The translations under genes were made by a program, and so were the position numbers. The notes below the pieces were generated by a model. The model saw only the letters and a program-made list of their open reading frames with translations. It was not told the origin of the DNA and searched no databases. Below, piece after piece: positions 62,964 to 64,000 of a stretch of 64,000 nucleotides of DNA. The DNA lies in assembly GCA_963730935.1 (NCBI GenBank), contig CAVSTP010000002.1:384001-448000 (forward strand), read 5' to 3'. This stretch comes from an uncultured Nitrospiraceae bacterium (GTDB lineage: Bacteria; Nitrospirota; Nitrospiria; Nitrospirales; Nitrospiraceae). How positions within the stretch are numbered: the first letter of the stretch is position 1; every line of letters begins with the position of its first letter.

Positions 62964-64000
62964 CTACTTCCCGATACAAAACGTCGAAAAGATCTGTTCC
63001 AAGACTTCATCCGTTGTAATGGCCCCGGTGATCTCACCGAGGGCATCGGCAGCGGCCCGAAGGTCGACGGCGACGAGTTCATTCGCCATCCCCGCTCTGA
63101 TCGATTCTTCGGCCTGGACCAGCGACCCATGAGCCTGATCAAGGGCGGCTTGATGCCGCACGTTCGTGACGATGACTCCGTCCGTGGTCTCAGCGCCCCC
63201 TCCAACCAATTGCGATCGAATTGCCGCACGCAGTGCCTCGACCCCATCCCCGGTTTTGGCCGACAACGGCAAGCCCACTGTTCCTGGTTTCATGTCTGAA
63301 GGGCCTACCCGCATTGGAAGATCGGCCTTGTTGATGACGACCACATGTTTGCCGGGCGCAGCTTGCTCGATGAGCCCGCGGTCATCCTCGCTCAGAGGAG
63401 TCGAGCCATCAATCACGATAACCTGTAGATCCGCATCTTTCTGGGCCGATCGTGACCGCCTGATACCCTCTCGCTCCAGTTCGTCGTCCGTAGCCCGGAT
63501 GCCGGCCGTGTCCACCAGGTGAATGACGACACCATCAAGACTAATCGATTCCTCAATGATGTCTCTGGTCGTCCCCGGCACCGCAGTCACAATCGCCCGT
63601 TCCTCTTTGAGCAGCCGATTGAGCAGGCTGGATTTTCCGACGTTGGGGCGCCCCGTAATGACGACGCGGGCGCCCTCCCGCAGCCATCGCCCCTCCCGGG
63701 CGGTGGCGCCCAAGCGCCGTATGCGCGCAGCGACGTTCTGAACCGTCCGCAGCAGTTCCTGCCTGCCGAGAATCTCGATCTCTTCCCCGACAAAATCTAT
63801 CCCGGCTTCGAGCTGCGCCAGCAGGCGCAACAAGGCGTCCCGTGCCGCATCCACCTCACGCGCCAACTCACCGCGCAGTTGCCGCTGGGCCGCCGTGAGG
63901 CTTGCGGCAGACTTGGCGCGAATCGTATCAAGCACCGCCTCAGCCTGCGACAAATCGAGTCGGCCGTTGAGAAAAGCCCGTTTGGTGAACTCGCCGGGAG
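62964..64000 (-). CDS. mnmE: tRNA modification GTPase MnmE, 5' part outside the window
   Basis: [22 protein letters not shown] and terminal FCIGK. Confidence 0.97.
   Translation of the reverse strand, partial: PGEFTKRAFLNGRLDLSQAEAVLDTIRAKSAASLTAAQRQLRGELAREVDAARDALLRLLAQLEAGIDFVGEEIEILGRQELLRTVQNVAARIRRLGATAREGRWLREGARVVITGRPNVGKSSLLNRLLKEERAIVTAVPGTTRDIIEESISLDGVVIHLVDTAGIRATDDELEREGIRRSRSAQKDADLQVIVIDGSTPLSEDDRGLIEQAAPGKHVVVINKADLPMRVGPSDMKPGTVGLPLSAKTGDGVEALRAAIRSQLVGGGAETTDGVIVTNVRHQAALDQAHGSLVQAEESIRAGMANELVAVDLRAAADALGEITGAITTDEVLEQIFSTFCIGK

Overview
The window looks like a Nitrospira-type chromosome segment near the origin; this is inferred from gene content and order, and no database search was run. 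1-19.6 kb is housekeeping: an Mrp/ApbC fragment, an Rrf2/CymR-led sulfate assimilation operon (sir-HEPN-TusA fusion, cysH, TrpD-like gene, cysD, cysNC), Fis-like and HU genes, tRNA-Val, thrS-infC-rpmI-rplT, and a convergent fmt-rsmB-rpe-pheS-pheT block with archaeal-type PheRS. tRNA-fMet at 19508-19584 opens an accessory region of about 13-17 kb with no integrase gene. It holds repeated copies of the tRNA 3' end (att scars), a 964-bp near-identical duplication (RHH, small phage-like and PilZ genes), three copies of a candidate ~70-nt sRNA, four paralogous small 'LTEDER' proteins, pseudogenes, FN3 secreted proteins and a hybrid kinase. 37-51 kb carries signalling and envelope genes (SLT, PilZ, REC-GGDEF, CpoB, AnmK, Zn/Mn ABC transporter, RluD). 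51-64 kb carries the F1-only atpHAGDC operon, mnmA, two bactofilins, parAB with two parS sites, rsmG, mnmG and mnmE. The best candidates for undescribed biology are the LTEDER micro-protein family, the repeated sRNA, and a CysK-binding-like tail on CysNC.
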